Sequence record: PZ402304.1
Reading direction: 5' to 3' (one strand)
DNA from: a phage
DNA: 64,000 nt
Shown here: piece by piece, positions 1 through 12,718 of the stretch
Layout: every line of letters begins with the position of its first letter
Numbering within the stretch: the stretch's first letter is position 1
Position numbers and translations under genes: made by a program
The notes under the pieces: generated by a model
Databases searched by the model: none
Seen by the model: the letters and a program-made list of their open reading frames with translations, nothing else
What the model was told of the DNA's origin: nothing

Positions 1-2317
<2,317 letters not shown>

Positions 2318-2344
2318 AAATAAAGCAAATTAAGAGGAATTAAA

Positions 2345-4327
2345 ATGGCACTTCTCTCTCCGGGCGTTGAGCTCAAAGAAACTACCGTACAGAGTACTGT
2401 AGTTAATAACTCCACTGGTACTGCTGCCCTGGCTGGAAAATTCCAATGGGGACCGGCATTCCAGATTAAACAAATCACTGATGAAGTTGCATTAGTTGAT
2501 ATGTTTGGTACTCCTAATACGGATACAGCAGATTATTTCATGTCTGCTATGAACTTCCTTCAATATGGTAATGACCTTCGTGTTGTACGCGCAGTTGATC
2601 GTGCTACTGCTAAGAACTCATCTCCTGTAGCAGGCAATATTGAATTCACAATCTCTGCTGCTGGTAGTAACTATGCAGTTGGTGATAAAATTATCGTTAA
2701 GTATTTGACCGAAACTGTTGAAGCAGATGGTTATGTCACTTCGGTTGATGTCGATGGTAAAATTCTTAACATTTATATCCCAACCGGTAAAATTATTGCT
2801 CGTGCAAAAGAAATTAATGAATATCCGGCATTGGGTTCTAACTGGACCGCCGAAGTTGCCAGTTCTTCTTCTGGACTTTCTGGCGTTATTACAATTGGTT
2901 CTATCGTAACCGATTCAGGTATTCTGTTAACTGAAGTTGAAACTTCTGAAGAAGCTATTACTTCTCTAACTTTCCAAGAATCTATTAAAAAATATGGTGT
3001 CCCAGGCGTAGTTGCTCTTTATCCTGGTGAACTTGGCGACCAGCTTGAAATCGAAATCGTATCTAAAGCAGACTATGACAAAGGTGCTTCAGCCCAGTTA
3101 AAAATTTATCCTGATGGTGGTACTCGTGCATCTACTGCTAAAGCAGTGTTTGGATATGGCCCACAAACTGATGACCAATATGCAATTATCGTTCGTCGTA
3201 ACGATGCTGTAGTTCAGAGCGTAATTCTTTCTACTAAGCGTGGTGAACGCGATATTTATGGTAGTAATATCTTTATTGATGATTTCTTTGCTAAAGGCGC
3301 AAGCAATTATATTTTCGCTACTGCACAAGGTTGGCCAAAAGGTTTCTCTGGCGTAATCAAACTGAATGGTGGCTTATCATCTAATGAAACGGTTGACGCT
3401 GGTGATTTAATGGAAGCTTGGGATTTGTTTGCCGATCGTGAATCCGTTAATGCGCAGTTGTTTATTGCCGGTTCTTGTGCAGGTGAATCTTTAGAAGTTG
3501 CTTCTACAGTTCAGAAACATGTTGTAGCAATTGGTGATTCTCGTCAAGATTGTTTGGTTCTTTGCTCACCGCCACGTGCAACTATAGTCGGTATTCCTGT
3601 TAATCGTGCAGTTGATAATCTGGTTGATTGGCGTACTGCGTCAGGAACTTACACTGATAATAACTTTAATATAAGTTCTACTTATGCTGCTATTGACGGT
3701 AACTATAAATATCAATATGACAAATATAATGACGTGAATCGTTGGGTTCCATTAGCTGCTGATATTGCTGGTCTTTGTGCTCGCACAGACAATATTTCTC
3801 AGCCTTGGATGTCTCCTGCCGGTTATAACCGTGGACAAATTCTTAACGTTATTAAGCTTGCAATTGAAACTCGCCAACCACAACGTGATCGTTTGTATCA
3901 GGAAGCTATTAACCCTGTTACTGGTACCGGTGGTGATGGGTATGTTCTGTATGGTGATAAAACTGCCACTTCTGTTCCTTCACCGTTTGACCGTATTAAC
4001 GTTCGTCGTTTGTTCAATATGGTTAAAACGAACATTGGTTCAGCATCTAAATATCGCCTGTTTGAATTGAACAACGCATTTACCCGTTCTTCTTTCCGTA
4101 CAGAGACCTCTCAATATCTACAGGGTATTAAAGCTCTTGGTGGTGTATATAACTTTAAAGTTGTTTGTGATACTACCAATAACACCCCAGCAGTTATCGA
4201 CCGTAATGAATTTGTAGCTACTTTCTACTTACAACCTGCCCGCTCGATAAATTATATTACGTTGAACTTTGTAGCAACAGCAACTGGTGCCGATTTCGAC
4301 GAACTAATTGGTACTGTAAGTGGCTAA
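2345..4327 (+). CDS. 18: tail sheath protein gp18
   Basis: 660 aa, T4 gp18-like length and sequence. Confidence 0.95.
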   Translation: MALLSPGVELKETTVQSTVVNNSTGTAALAGKFQWGPAFQIKQITDEVALVDMFGTPNTDTADYFMSAMNFLQYGNDLRVVRAVDRATAKNSSPVAGNIEFTISAAGSNYAVGDKIIVKYLTETVEADGYVTSVDVDGKILNIYIPTGKIIARAKEINEYPALGSNWTAEVASSSSGLSGVITIGSIVTDSGILLTEVETSEEAITSLTFQESIKKYGVPGVVALYPGELGDQLEIEIVSKADYDKGASAQLKIYPDGGTRASTAKAVFGYGPQTDDQYAIIVRRNDAVVQSVILSTKRGERDIYGSNIFIDDFFAKGASNYIFATAQGWPKGFSGVIKLNGGLSSNETVDAGDLMEAWDLFADRESVNAQLFIAGSCAGESLEVASTVQKHVVAIGDSRQDCLVLCSPPRATIVGIPVNRAVDNLVDWRTASGTYTDNNFNISSTYAAIDGNYKYQYDKYNDVNRWVPLAADIAGLCARTDNISQPWMSPAGYNRGQILNVIKLAIETRQPQRDRLYQEAINPVTGTGGDGYVLYGDKTATSVPSPFDRINVRRLFNMVKTNIGSASKYRLFELNNAFTRSSFRTETSQYLQGIKALGGVYNFKVVCDTTNNTPAVIDRNEFVATFYLQPARSINYITLNFVATATGADFDELIGTVSG

Positions 4328-4359
4328 TAAGACGCCTGATGGGCTATTTCGGTAGCCCA

Positions 4360-4367
4360 TATAAATA
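4360..4367 (+). promoter_or_regulatory. late promoter TATAAATA upstream of gene 19
   Basis: exact TATAAATA in the 18/19 intergenic region, just after hairpin GGGCTATTTCGGTAGCCC. Confidence 0.55.
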
Positions 4368-4439
4368 TACTATATCGTTTAAAAATTAATTCTATGGGCA
4401 TCTGGTTAATCCTAAGCCCATATTACTACAGAGGCTAAT

Positions 4440-4931
4440 ATGTTTGTAGATGACGTAACTCGTGCCTTCGAATCAGGTGATTTCGCTCGCCCTAACCTGT
4501 TTGAAGTAGAAATCTCTTATCTTGGGCAAAACTTTAGCTTCCAGTGTCGTGCTACGGCTCTTCCTGCTGCGATCGTTGAAAAGGTTCCTGTTTCTTATAT
4601 GAACCGTAAAATTAACGTGGCCGGTGACCGTACATTCGATGATTGGACTATTACAGTAATGAACGATGATGCTCATAGCATTCGTCAGAAATTTGTTGAT
4701 TGGCAAGGTATTGCAGCAGGACAAGGTAATGAAATTACCGGTGGTAAACCTGCTGAATATAAAAAGACTGCTATCGTTCGTCAATTTGCTCGTGATGCTA
4801 AAACTGTCACTAAAGAAGTTGAAATTGTTGGCTTGTGGCCTACTAACGTTGGTGAAGTATCTCTTGACTGGGACAGCAATAACGAGATTGAAACATTCGA
4901 AGTAACTCTTGCTCTTGATTGGTGGGAATAA
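4440..4931 (+). CDS. 19: tail tube protein gp19
   Basis: 163 aa, T4 gp19-like. Confidence 0.95.
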   Translation: MFVDDVTRAFESGDFARPNLFEVEISYLGQNFSFQCRATALPAAIVEKVPVSYMNRKINVAGDRTFDDWTITVMNDDAHSIRQKFVDWQGIAAGQGNEITGGKPAEYKKTAIVRQFARDAKTVTKEVEIVGLWPTNVGEVSLDWDSNNEIETFEVTLALDWWE

Positions 4932-4979
4932 TCTGGTTGGGGAGAAATCCCCAGCTTCCCGTGATGACGGAGAAGTCCA

Positions 4980-4987
4980 TATAAATA
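4980..4987 (+). promoter_or_regulatory. late promoter TATAAATA upstream of gene 20
   Basis: exact TATAAATA about 30 nt upstream of the portal ATG. Confidence 0.55.
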
Positions 4988-5015
4988 TAACTATAATTCC
5001 CATTCGGAGAATACA

Positions 5016-6587
5016 ATGAAATTTAATATCTTAAGTTTGTTTGCTCCATGGGCAAAAATGGACGAACGTGATTACAAAGACCAAGAAAAAGAAAATTTAG
5101 AATCTATCACCACACCAAAATTAGACGACGGCGCTAAAGAATATGAAGTATCTGAAAATGAAGCACAGCAAACATATAATGCTATGTTTCAGAGAATGTT
5201 CGGTAGCCAAGAACCAGGGCTCAAATCAACGCGTGAATTAATCGATACGTATCGAAATTTGATGACGAACTATGAAGTGGATAATGCAGTCTCTGAAATA
5301 GTTTCCGATGCTATCGTATATGAAGATGATACAGAAGTCGTTTCTATAAATTTAGACAACACAAAATTTAGTCCAAATATCAAATCAATGATGTTGGATG
5401 AATTTAACGAAGTGTTAAATCATTTATCTTTCCAACGTAAAGGTTCAGATCATTTTAGACGTTGGTATGTGGATTCTCGAATTTTCTTCCATAAAATTAT
5501 TGACCCTAAACGCCCTAAAGAAGGTATTAAAGAGCTTCGTCGTTTAGACCCACGTCAAGTTCAATATGTCCGTGAAGTTATTACAACCACTGAAGCCGGT
5601 GTTAAAATAGTCAAGGGTTATAAAGAATATTTCATTTATGACACATCACACGAATCTTATGCTTGTGATGGTCGAATATATGAAGCTGGCACAAAAATAA
5701 AAATCCCTAAAGCCGCGATTGTTTATGCCCATTCTGGTTTAGTTGATTGTTGTGGTAAAAATATCATTGGTTATTTGCATCGGGCTATTAAGCCAGCGAA
5801 CCAATTAAAACTTCTTGAAGATGCCGTCGTAATTTATCGTATTACTCGTGCTCCTGATCGTCGTGTATGGTATGTTGATACAGGTAATATGCCCTCAAGA
5901 AAAGCAGCAGAACATATGCAACATGTTATGAATACGATGAAAAACCGTATTGCATATGATGCTACTACAGGCAAGATTAAAAACCAGCAGCATATTATGT
6001 CGATGACCGAAGATTATTGGTTACAACGACGTGATGGTAAAGCGGTAACAGAAGTTGACACATTACCAGGTGCAGATAATACTGGAAATATGGAAGATGT
6101 ACGTTGGTTCCGTAATGCGCTTTATATGGCTTTACGTATTCCTATTACCCGTATTCCAAGTGACCAGGGTGGTATACAGTTTGATGCTGGTACTTCTATT
6201 ACACGAGATGAATTGACATTTGGTAAATTTATTCGTGAGCTGCAACATAAATTTGAAGAGATATTCCTAGACCCGCTTAAAACTAATTTAATTCTTAAAG
6301 GAATTATTACAGAAGATGAGTGGAATGATGAAATAAATAATATTAAGATAAAATTTCATCGGGATAGTTATTTCTCGGAATTAAAGGATGCTGAGATTCT
6401 GGAGCGTCGCATTAATATGCTTCAGATGGCCGAACCATTTATTGGTAAATATATTTCTCACAGAACAGCTATGAAAGATATTCTTCAGATGTCTGACGAG
6501 GAAATTGAACAAGAGGCTAAGCAAATTGAAGAAGAGTCGAAAGAGGCTCGTTTCCAAGACCCCGACCAAGAACAAGAGGATTTTTAA
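5016..6587 (+). CDS. 20: portal vertex protein gp20
   Basis: 523 aa, T4 gp20-like. Confidence 0.95.
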   Translation: MKFNILSLFAPWAKMDERDYKDQEKENLESITTPKLDDGAKEYEVSENEAQQTYNAMFQRMFGSQEPGLKSTRELIDTYRNLMTNYEVDNAVSEIVSDAIVYEDDTEVVSINLDNTKFSPNIKSMMLDEFNEVLNHLSFQRKGSDHFRRWYVDSRIFFHKIIDPKRPKEGIKELRRLDPRQVQYVREVITTTEAGVKIVKGYKEYFIYDTSHESYACDGRIYEAGTKIKIPKAAIVYAHSGLVDCCGKNIIGYLHRAIKPANQLKLLEDAVVIYRITRAPDRRVWYVDTGNMPSRKAAEHMQHVMNTMKNRIAYDATTGKIKNQQHIMSMTEDYWLQRRDGKAVTEVDTLPGADNTGNMEDVRWFRNALYMALRIPITRIPSDQGGIQFDAGTSITRDELTFGKFIRELQHKFEEIFLDPLKTNLILKGIITEDEWNDEINNIKIKFHRDSYFSELKDAEILERRINMLQMAEPFIGKYISHRTAMKDILQMSDEEIEQEAKQIEEESKEARFQDPDQEQEDF

Positions 6588-6817
6588 TGGACGATTTAAT
6601 TCAAGCTATTAAATCAAACGACCTCGTTGCTACTCGAAAGTTTTTTGAAAGTGCAATGGCAGAAAAAACGGTTCGTTTGATTGAAGCACGCAAAGCAGAA
6701 ATCGCTTCTCAATTTTTGATTGAAGGCGAAGAACCTGAAGAAGAAAAGAAAGCTTCGGAAGACGACGCTGATGAAGGCGATGACGACGAAGACGAAGATG
6801 ATGAGGACGATGAATAA
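6587..6817 (+). CDS. 67: prohead core protein gp67
   Basis: 76 aa with acidic C-terminal tail, in the position of T4 gene 67; ATGA overlap with gene 20 stop. Confidence 0.8.
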   Translation: MDDLIQAIKSNDLVATRKFFESAMAEKTVRLIEARKAEIASQFLIEGEEPEEEKKASEDDADEGDDDEDEDDEDDE

Positions 6818-7242
6818 TGTATCTTATCCCTGAATCTTATGAATTGGTACTCGAAAATGTCGAAGCACTTATTCCTGAAGCACAGGGCCGAATCGATGCA
6901 TTGTCTTCTGCTCTCGATATTGACGATATAAATACTATTATCGAGAACATGCTTGAAACTGAAACGGATTTAGCTGTTGCAATGGCTTCCATTATTAATG
7001 AAGAACAGTTAAATGAGTTTATCGTTAAACATGTTTCTTCTCGTGGTGAAGTCACTCGCACTAAAGACCGTAAAACTCGTGAACGTAACGCGTTCCAAAC
7101 AACTGGTCTTTCTAAAGCAAAACGTAGACAAATCGCTCGTAAGGTCGTTAAAGCTAAAAAAGCTAACCCTTCAGGCCAAGTTAAAGGCTTGCGTAAGCGT
7201 AAAAAAGCTCTTAAACGTCGTAAAGCATTAGGATTAAGCTAA
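6817..7242 (+). CDS. 68: prohead core protein gp68
   Basis: 141 aa with basic C-terminus, in the position of T4 gene 68. Confidence 0.8.
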   Translation: MYLIPESYELVLENVEALIPEAQGRIDALSSALDIDDINTIIENMLETETDLAVAMASIINEEQLNEFIVKHVSSRGEVTRTKDRKTRERNAFQTTGLSKAKRRQIARKVVKAKKANPSGQVKGLRKRKKALKRRKALGLS

Positions 7243-7883
7243 TGAATAAACCCGAGTTACTTATTGAAACTTGGGGTCAACCCGGTGAGATTATTGATGG
7301 CGTTCCAATGTTGGAATCTCATGATGGAAAAGATTCTGGCTTAAAACCAGGGCTTTATATAGAAGGTATTTTTCTTCAGGCAGAGGTTGTTAACCGAAAT
7401 AAACGTTTATATCCTAAACGCGTTTTGGAAAAAGCAGTAAGTGACTATATTAAAGAACAAGTCGAAACCAAACAAGCCCTTGGAGAATTAAACCATCCAC
7501 CTCGTGCAAATGTTGACCCCATGCAAGCCGCTATCATTATTGAAGATATGTGGTGGAAAGGAAACGATGTATATGGACGTGCTAGAATTATTGAAGGCGA
7601 CCATGGTCCCGGCGATAAATTAGCTGCTAATATACGAGCTGGTTGGATTCCAGGTGTTTCCTCTCGTGGTCTTGGTTCTTTAACCGACACCAATAAAGGG
7701 TACCGTATCGTGAACGAAGGATTTAAATTAACCGTCGGCGTAGATGCCGTATGGGGACCTTCTGCTCCAGATGCTTGGGTTACTCCTAAACAAATATCAG
7801 AATCAGAAAATTCGGTGGAAATCACCAAAAACAGTGCTGACGAAGCATTTAAAGCTCTCGCAGAGAGTTTAAAAGCATTATAA
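7242..7883 (+). CDS. 21: prohead core protease gp21
   Basis: 213 aa, T4 gp21-like. Confidence 0.9.
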   Translation: MNKPELLIETWGQPGEIIDGVPMLESHDGKDSGLKPGLYIEGIFLQAEVVNRNKRLYPKRVLEKAVSDYIKEQVETKQALGELNHPPRANVDPMQAAIIIEDMWWKGNDVYGRARIIEGDHGPGDKLAANIRAGWIPGVSSRGLGSLTDTNKGYRIVNEGFKLTVGVDAVWGPSAPDAWVTPKQISESENSVEITKNSADEAFKALAESLKAL

Positions 7884-7886
7884 ATA
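7879..7886 (+). promoter_or_regulatory. late promoter TATAAATA upstream of gene 22
   Basis: exact TATAAATA overlapping the gene 21 stop codon. Confidence 0.55.
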
Positions 7887-7916
7887 ATAATGTAATCTAA
7901 ACCACAGGACACTAAA

Positions 7917-8729
7917 ATGATCAAAGAACAACTTTTGAAAGAAGCTCAGAACATCGAGACTTCAGTTGCTCTTAATAGTGTTTTCGAATCAGTAGAACTG
8001 TCTCCGGACGTTAAAGCTAATTTCAGCACTGTATTCGAAGCCACCGTTAAGCAGGAAGCAGTCAAACTGGCTGAATCTCATATCAAAGCCATCGCCGAAA
8101 AGGCCGAAGAAGAAGTTGAAAAGGCTAAAGAAGATGCTGAAGAGAAAGCTGATAAAAAATTGGCCGAACAAGCTTCTAAATTCCTAGACCATCTTGCAAA
8201 AGAATGGCTCGCAGAAAACCAAATCGCAGTTGATAAAGGCATTAAAGCTGATTTGTTCGAATCCATGCTTGGTGGTCTGAAAGAACTGTTTGTTGAACAT
8301 AACGTTGTTGTTCCAGAAGAATCTGTAGATGTTGTAGCAGAAATGGAAGAAGAGCTGGCCGAACATAAAGAAGAAACCGCTCGTTTGTTCGAAGAAGTTA
8401 CCAAACGTGATGCATATATCAATTACGTTCAGCGTGAAACCGCTATTAATGAAAGCGTAAAAGACCTGACTGAATCTCAGAAAGAAAAAGTTATTGGCCT
8501 GGTTGAAGGTATGGATTATTCTGACACATTTGGTACTAAGTTAACTGCTATTGTAGAAATGGTTAAAGGTTCTACTAAAGAAGAAGCCGCTATTACCGAA
8601 AATATAAATACAGTTGACAATGACGCTGCCGGTCTTAATTTTGTTGCCGAAGCAGTTGACACTACCACAACTCAGGTAGAACAGAATTCTAATGTAAGTT
8701 TATATGCGAAAGTCGCATCTCGTTTCTAA
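7917..8729 (+). CDS. 22: prohead core scaffold protein gp22
   Basis: 270 aa, acidic coiled-coil-like, T4 gp22-like. Confidence 0.9.
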   Translation: MIKEQLLKEAQNIETSVALNSVFESVELSPDVKANFSTVFEATVKQEAVKLAESHIKAIAEKAEEEVEKAKEDAEEKADKKLAEQASKFLDHLAKEWLAENQIAVDKGIKADLFESMLGGLKELFVEHNVVVPEESVDVVAEMEEELAEHKEETARLFEEVTKRDAYINYVQRETAINESVKDLTESQKEKVIGLVEGMDYSDTFGTKLTAIVEMVKGSTKEEAAITENINTVDNDAAGLNFVAEAVDTTTTQVEQNSNVSLYAKVASRF

Positions 8730-8746
8730 TTTAAAGGTTAACACAA

Positions 8747-10315
8747 ATGACTACTATCAAAACTAAAGCTCAGCTCGTAGACAAATGGAAAGAACTGCTG
8801 GAAGGTGAAGGCCTGCCGGAAATCGCTAATAGTAAGCAGGCTATTATCGCTAAAATCTTCGAAAACCAGGAAAAAGATTTCGAAGTATCCCCTGAATATA
8901 AAGACGAGAAAATCGCTCAGGCATTTGGTTCTTTCTTGACCGAAGCTGAAATTGGTGGTGACCACGGTTATAATGCTCAGAACATCGCAGCAGGTCAAAC
9001 CTCTGGTGCAGTAACCCAGATTGGGCCGGCAGTTATGGGTATGGTTCGTCGTGCTATTCCTAATCTGATCGCTTTCGATATTTGTGGTGTTCAGCCTATG
9101 AACAGCCCTACCGGTCAGGTATTTGCTCTCCGTGCAGTATATGGTAAAGACCCTATCGCTGCTGACGCTAAAGAAGCTTTCCATCCGATGTATGCTCCAG
9201 ACGCGATGTTCTCTGGTCAGGGTGCTGCTAAGAAATTCCCAGCTCTGGCTGCTAGCACACAAACCGTTGTAGGTGATATCTATACTCACTTCTTCCAGGA
9301 CACTGGTACTGTGTATCTACAAGCTTCCGCTGTAGTAACAATTGATGCTGGCGCTACCGATGCAACTAAACTGGATGCTGAAATTAAGAAACAAATGGAA
9401 GCTGGTGTACTGGTAGAAATCGCTGAAGGTATGGCTACTTCTATCGCTGAACTTCAGGAAGGTTTCAATGGTTCTACCGACAACCCGTGGAACGAAATGG
9501 GCTTCCGTATCGACAAACAAGTTATTGAAGCTAAATCTCGTCAGTTGAAAGCAGCTTACTCCATCGAATTGGCACAAGACCTCCGTGCAGTACACGGTAT
9601 GGATGCTGATGCTGAACTGAGCGGTATTCTTGCTACTGAAATTATGCTGGAAATCAACCGTGAAGTTGTTGACTGGATTAACTACTCCGCTCAGGTTGGT
9701 AAATCTGGTATGACTAATATCGTTGGTTCTAAAGCTGGTGTATTTGACTTCCAGGACCCGATTGATATCCGTGGTGCTCGTTGGGCTGGTGAAAGCTTTA
9801 AAGCTCTGTTGTTCCAGATTGATAAAGAAGCAGTTGAAATTGCTCGTCAAACCGGTCGTGGTGAAGGTAACTTCATTATCGCTTCCCGTAACGTAGTTAA
9901 CGTACTGGCTTCAGTTGATACTGGTATTTCTTACGCTGCACAGGGTCTGGCTTCTGGTTTTAATACCGACACTACTAAGTCTGTATTTGCCGGTGTACTT
10001 GGTGGTAAATACCGCGTATACATCGACCAGTATGCTAAACAGGATTACTTCACCGTTGGTTACAAAGGCGCTAACGAAATGGATGCAGGTATTTACTATG
10101 CTCCTTACGTTGCACTTACCCCACTGCGTGGTTCCGATCCTAAGAACTTCCAGCCGGTAATGGGCTTTAAAACTCGTTACGGTATCGGTGTTAACCCGTT
10201 TGCTGAAAGTTCCCTGCAGGCTCCAGGTGCTCGCATCCAGTCCGGTATGCCGTCTATCCTGAACAGCCTTGGTAAGAACGCTTACTTTAGACGCGTCTAC
10301 GTTAAAGGAATTTAA
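8747..10315 (+). CDS. 23: major capsid protein gp23
   Basis: 522 aa, near-identical in character to T4 gp23 as recalled. Confidence 0.97.
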   Translation: MTTIKTKAQLVDKWKELLEGEGLPEIANSKQAIIAKIFENQEKDFEVSPEYKDEKIAQAFGSFLTEAEIGGDHGYNAQNIAAGQTSGAVTQIGPAVMGMVRRAIPNLIAFDICGVQPMNSPTGQVFALRAVYGKDPIAADAKEAFHPMYAPDAMFSGQGAAKKFPALAASTQTVVGDIYTHFFQDTGTVYLQASAVVTIDAGATDATKLDAEIKKQMEAGVLVEIAEGMATSIAELQEGFNGSTDNPWNEMGFRIDKQVIEAKSRQLKAAYSIELAQDLRAVHGMDADAELSGILATEIMLEINREVVDWINYSAQVGKSGMTNIVGSKAGVFDFQDPIDIRGARWAGESFKALLFQIDKEAVEIARQTGRGEGNFIIASRNVVNVLASVDTGISYAAQGLASGFNTDTTKSVFAGVLGGKYRVYIDQYAKQDYFTVGYKGANEMDAGIYYAPYVALTPLRGSDPKNFQPVMGFKTRYGIGVNPFAESSLQAPGARIQSGMPSILNSLGKNAYFRRVYVKGI

Positions 10316-10344
10316 TGCTTTAACGTTAAAATACATAACCTTAT

Positions 10345-10372
10345 GGGAGACTCCGGTCTCCCATTCTTGTTT
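10345..10372 (+). terminator. intrinsic terminator hairpin after gene 23
   Basis: GGGAGAC-TCCG-GTCTCCC stem-loop followed by U-rich tract. Confidence 0.6.
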
Positions 10373-11032
10373 CTATAGCTTAAAACAATCATCGCGTTCA
10401 TTAATCCAATTTCTTATAGTTTTTGCGGATACGTTAAAGAATTCGGCAGCGTAATCGTAGTGGTTAAATTCATGACCTTTAATAGAAATATCCACAAATA
10501 CAAATTTCTTACCTTTATTAGAATTCTTTCTAATTTTTGCTTTATGCTCTTCTGATAGTTTTCTACCTTTAAGATGAGAATCTCTATTTTTATAAAACTT
10601 TTTATTTGCTATAGATTTGTTTTCTCGATGTTCTTTAGATTCTTTAGAACCTAATTTCTTTTTAGATATTTTGGCCCGAACTTCTTCAGTCATACCAGCT
10701 TTTGTCTTTTCGGATAACATCTCACGATACCCAGGTTCCTGTAAAGCTACTATAACAGGATTACCCTTGCCGCCTAAGGCGGCATTATAAGTATCTGTTC
10801 TCATGACAAAAGCCTCGTCAACTAGTTCGGCTTCCTTAGCATACATCTCTTCAGATGTTTCGAAATTGAAAAGGATTTCCTTTTTAAAATTCTCTAAGCC
10901 GTATTTCTTTATGGATTTTACTATGTTAACCCCGGAACCCATATAAGAATCGTTAACATCTGTAGTGGCATGGGCTCCAACATAAATCTTGTTATTAATG
11001 AGATTGGTTATTTTGTAAATTAAATAATTCAT
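10373..11032 (-). CDS. GIY-YIG homing endonuclease (Seg-like, position of T4 segD)
   Basis: 219 aa; N-terminal YLIYKITN...KIYVGAH...YMGSG GIY-YIG module followed by basic repeat region; sits between genes 23 and 24. Confidence 0.8.
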   Translation of the reverse strand: MNYLIYKITNLINNKIYVGAHATTDVNDSYMGSGVNIVKSIKKYGLENFKKEILFNFETSEEMYAKEAELVDEAFVMRTDTYNAALGGKGNPVIVALQEPGYREMLSEKTKAGMTEEVRAKISKKKLGSKESKEHRENKSIANKKFYKNRDSHLKGRKLSEEHKAKIRKNSNKGKKFVFVDISIKGHEFNHYDYAAEFFNVSAKTIRNWINERDDCFKL

Positions 11033-11035
11033 ATT

Positions 11036-11302
11036 TTACGCTGTTTTGACACGACGGTTGATGATATCACGGAAGTCAATACGATTTTCTTGGATTTTCA
11101 GCCAGTTACCAGATTTGTCTTTGGTATGGGTAGAGTATTCACCGTTCCACCAGAAGTCGGTAGCATAAGCCATGGCTTCGTATTTCTTAACTAGTGCATT
11201 CACTGCATTACCGTTAGGATTGGAACCATATTTTTCTACCAGGGCTTTGATGTCTTTGTCAAGGTTAGAAAGTGTGGTACGGATAAAGTTTAATTTGTTC
11301 AT
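11036..11302 (-). CDS. hypothetical protein
   Basis: 88-aa ORF from second ATG, which has GAGGAGA RBS; downstream of an early-type promoter. Confidence 0.5.
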   Translation of the reverse strand: MNKLNFIRTTLSNLDKDIKALVEKYGSNPNGNAVNALVKKYEAMAYATDFWWNGEYSTHTKDKSGNWLKIQENRIDFRDIINRRVKTA

Positions 11303-11331
11303 TTTTAATCTCCTCATGTTTTGATAGGTCT

Positions 11332-11361
11332 ATAGTAACACAACGCTTTTTGTGTGTAAAC
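11332..11361 (-). promoter_or_regulatory. early-type promoter (GTTTAC ... TGnTACTAT) on minus strand
   Basis: minus strand reads GTTTAC-N18-TACTAT upstream of the 88-aa ORF and Seg-like gene. Confidence 0.55.
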
Positions 11362-11367
11362 CACTTT

Positions 11368-11375
11368 TATAAATA
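11368..11375 (+). promoter_or_regulatory. late promoter TATAAATA upstream of gene 24
   Basis: exact TATAAATA about 30 nt upstream of ATG with AAGGAAAAA RBS. Confidence 0.55.
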
Positions 11376-11405
11376 AAATTATATTCTCAATAAGGAAAAA
11401 ATGCA

Positions 11406-12689
11406 ATGAGTAAAATCCAAAAATTATTGCGTGAATCTACAACGTCTACTAGCAACTCAATTGGTCGCCCAAATCTCGTTGCTTTGACTCGCGCTACGAC
11501 TAAATTAATATATTCTGACATTGTAGCAACACAAAGAACTAATCAACCTGTTGCTGCTTTTTATGGTATCAAATATCTTAACCCAGATAACGAATTCACA
11601 TTTAAAACTGGTGCTACTTATGCTGGCGAAGTTGGATATGTAGACCGAGAAAAAATTACTGAGCTCACAGAAGAATCAAAAGTCACACTAAATAAAGGCG
11701 ATTTTTTCAAATATAATAATATCGTCTATAAAGTGTTAGAAGATACACCGTTTGCAGATATTCAAGAAAGTGATCTAGAATTAGCTCTTCAGATTGCAGT
11801 CGTTCATTTAAAGGTACGGTTATTTTCAGATGCAGCGGTAACAAGCAAATTTGAAAGCTCTGGTAGCGAAATTTCTGATGCAAGATTCCAGATTAATAAA
11901 TGGCAAACTTCAGTCAAATCTCGTAAACTTAAAACTGGCCTCACGGTTGAATTAGCGCAAGATTTGGAAGCGAATGGATTTGATGCCCCTAACTTCTTAG
12001 AAGATTTGCTTGCTACTGAAATGGCTGATGAAATTAATAAAGATATTCTTCAGTCTTTAATTACTGTATCGAAACGTTATAAAGTTACTGGAATTACTGA
12101 CACCGGATTTATTGACTTGAGCTATGCATCCGCTCCAGAAGCAGGTCGTTCATTATATCGAATGGTGTGTGAAATGGTATCACACATTCAAAAAGAGACA
12201 ACTTATACTGCAACGTTTTGTGTAGCCTCAGCTCGTGCAGCTGCTATTCTCGCTGCTTCCGGTTGGTTGAAACATAAGCCAGAAGATGACAAGTATCTTT
12301 CACAAAATGCTTATGGATTCTTGGCAAATGGATTACCTCTTTACTGCGATACCAACAGTCCGTTAGATTATGTTATTGTGGGTGTTGTAGAAAATATTGG
12401 CGAAAAAGAAATTGTAGGGTCCATCTTTTATGCTCCATACACTGAAGGAGTAGATTTAGATGACCCAGAACATGTTGGTGCATTTAAAGTTGTAGTTGAT
12501 CCAGAAAGCTTGCAACCGTCTATCGGATTATTGGTTAGATATGCTTTATCAGCAAATCCTTATACAGTAGCAAAAAATGAAAAAGAAGCGAGAATAATTG
12601 ATGGTGGGGACATGGATAAAATGGCAGGACGTTCAGACTTGTCTGTTTTACTCGGTGTTAAATTGCCAAAAATCATCGTTGATGAATAA
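11406..12689 (+). CDS. 24: head vertex protein gp24
   Basis: 427 aa, T4 gp24-like and paralogous in character to gp23. Confidence 0.95.
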   Translation: MSKIQKLLRESTTSTSNSIGRPNLVALTRATTKLIYSDIVATQRTNQPVAAFYGIKYLNPDNEFTFKTGATYAGEVGYVDREKITELTEESKVTLNKGDFFKYNNIVYKVLEDTPFADIQESDLELALQIAVVHLKVRLFSDAAVTSKFESSGSEISDARFQINKWQTSVKSRKLKTGLTVELAQDLEANGFDAPNFLEDLLATEMADEINKDILQSLITVSKRYKVTGITDTGFIDLSYASAPEAGRSLYRMVCEMVSHIQKETTYTATFCVASARAAAILAASGWLKHKPEDDKYLSQNAYGFLANGLPLYCDTNSPLDYVIVGVVENIGEKEIVGSIFYAPYTEGVDLDDPEHVGAFKVVVDPESLQPSIGLLVRYALSANPYTVAKNEKEARIIDGGDMDKMAGRSDLSVLLGVKLPKIIVDE

Positions 12690-12693
12690 AACA

Positions 12694-12718
12694 AAGGGAC
12701 CGTAAGGTCCCTTTTTCG
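12694..12718. terminator. bidirectional terminator hairpin between gene 24 and rnlB
   Basis: AAGGGACC-GTAA-GGTCCCTT stem-loop flanked by T/A tracts, between convergent genes. Confidence 0.6.

Noticed and set aside
4473-5003. 176-aa ORF antisense to tail tube gene 19
   Set aside because: Completely overlaps a strongly supported structural gene on the other strand; low-complexity translation and no RBS. The same applies to other long antisense ORFs such as 8738..9289, 9317..9850, 9911..10336, 7445..7924, 16581..17012, 38745..39215, 41458..41982 and 49448..49927.
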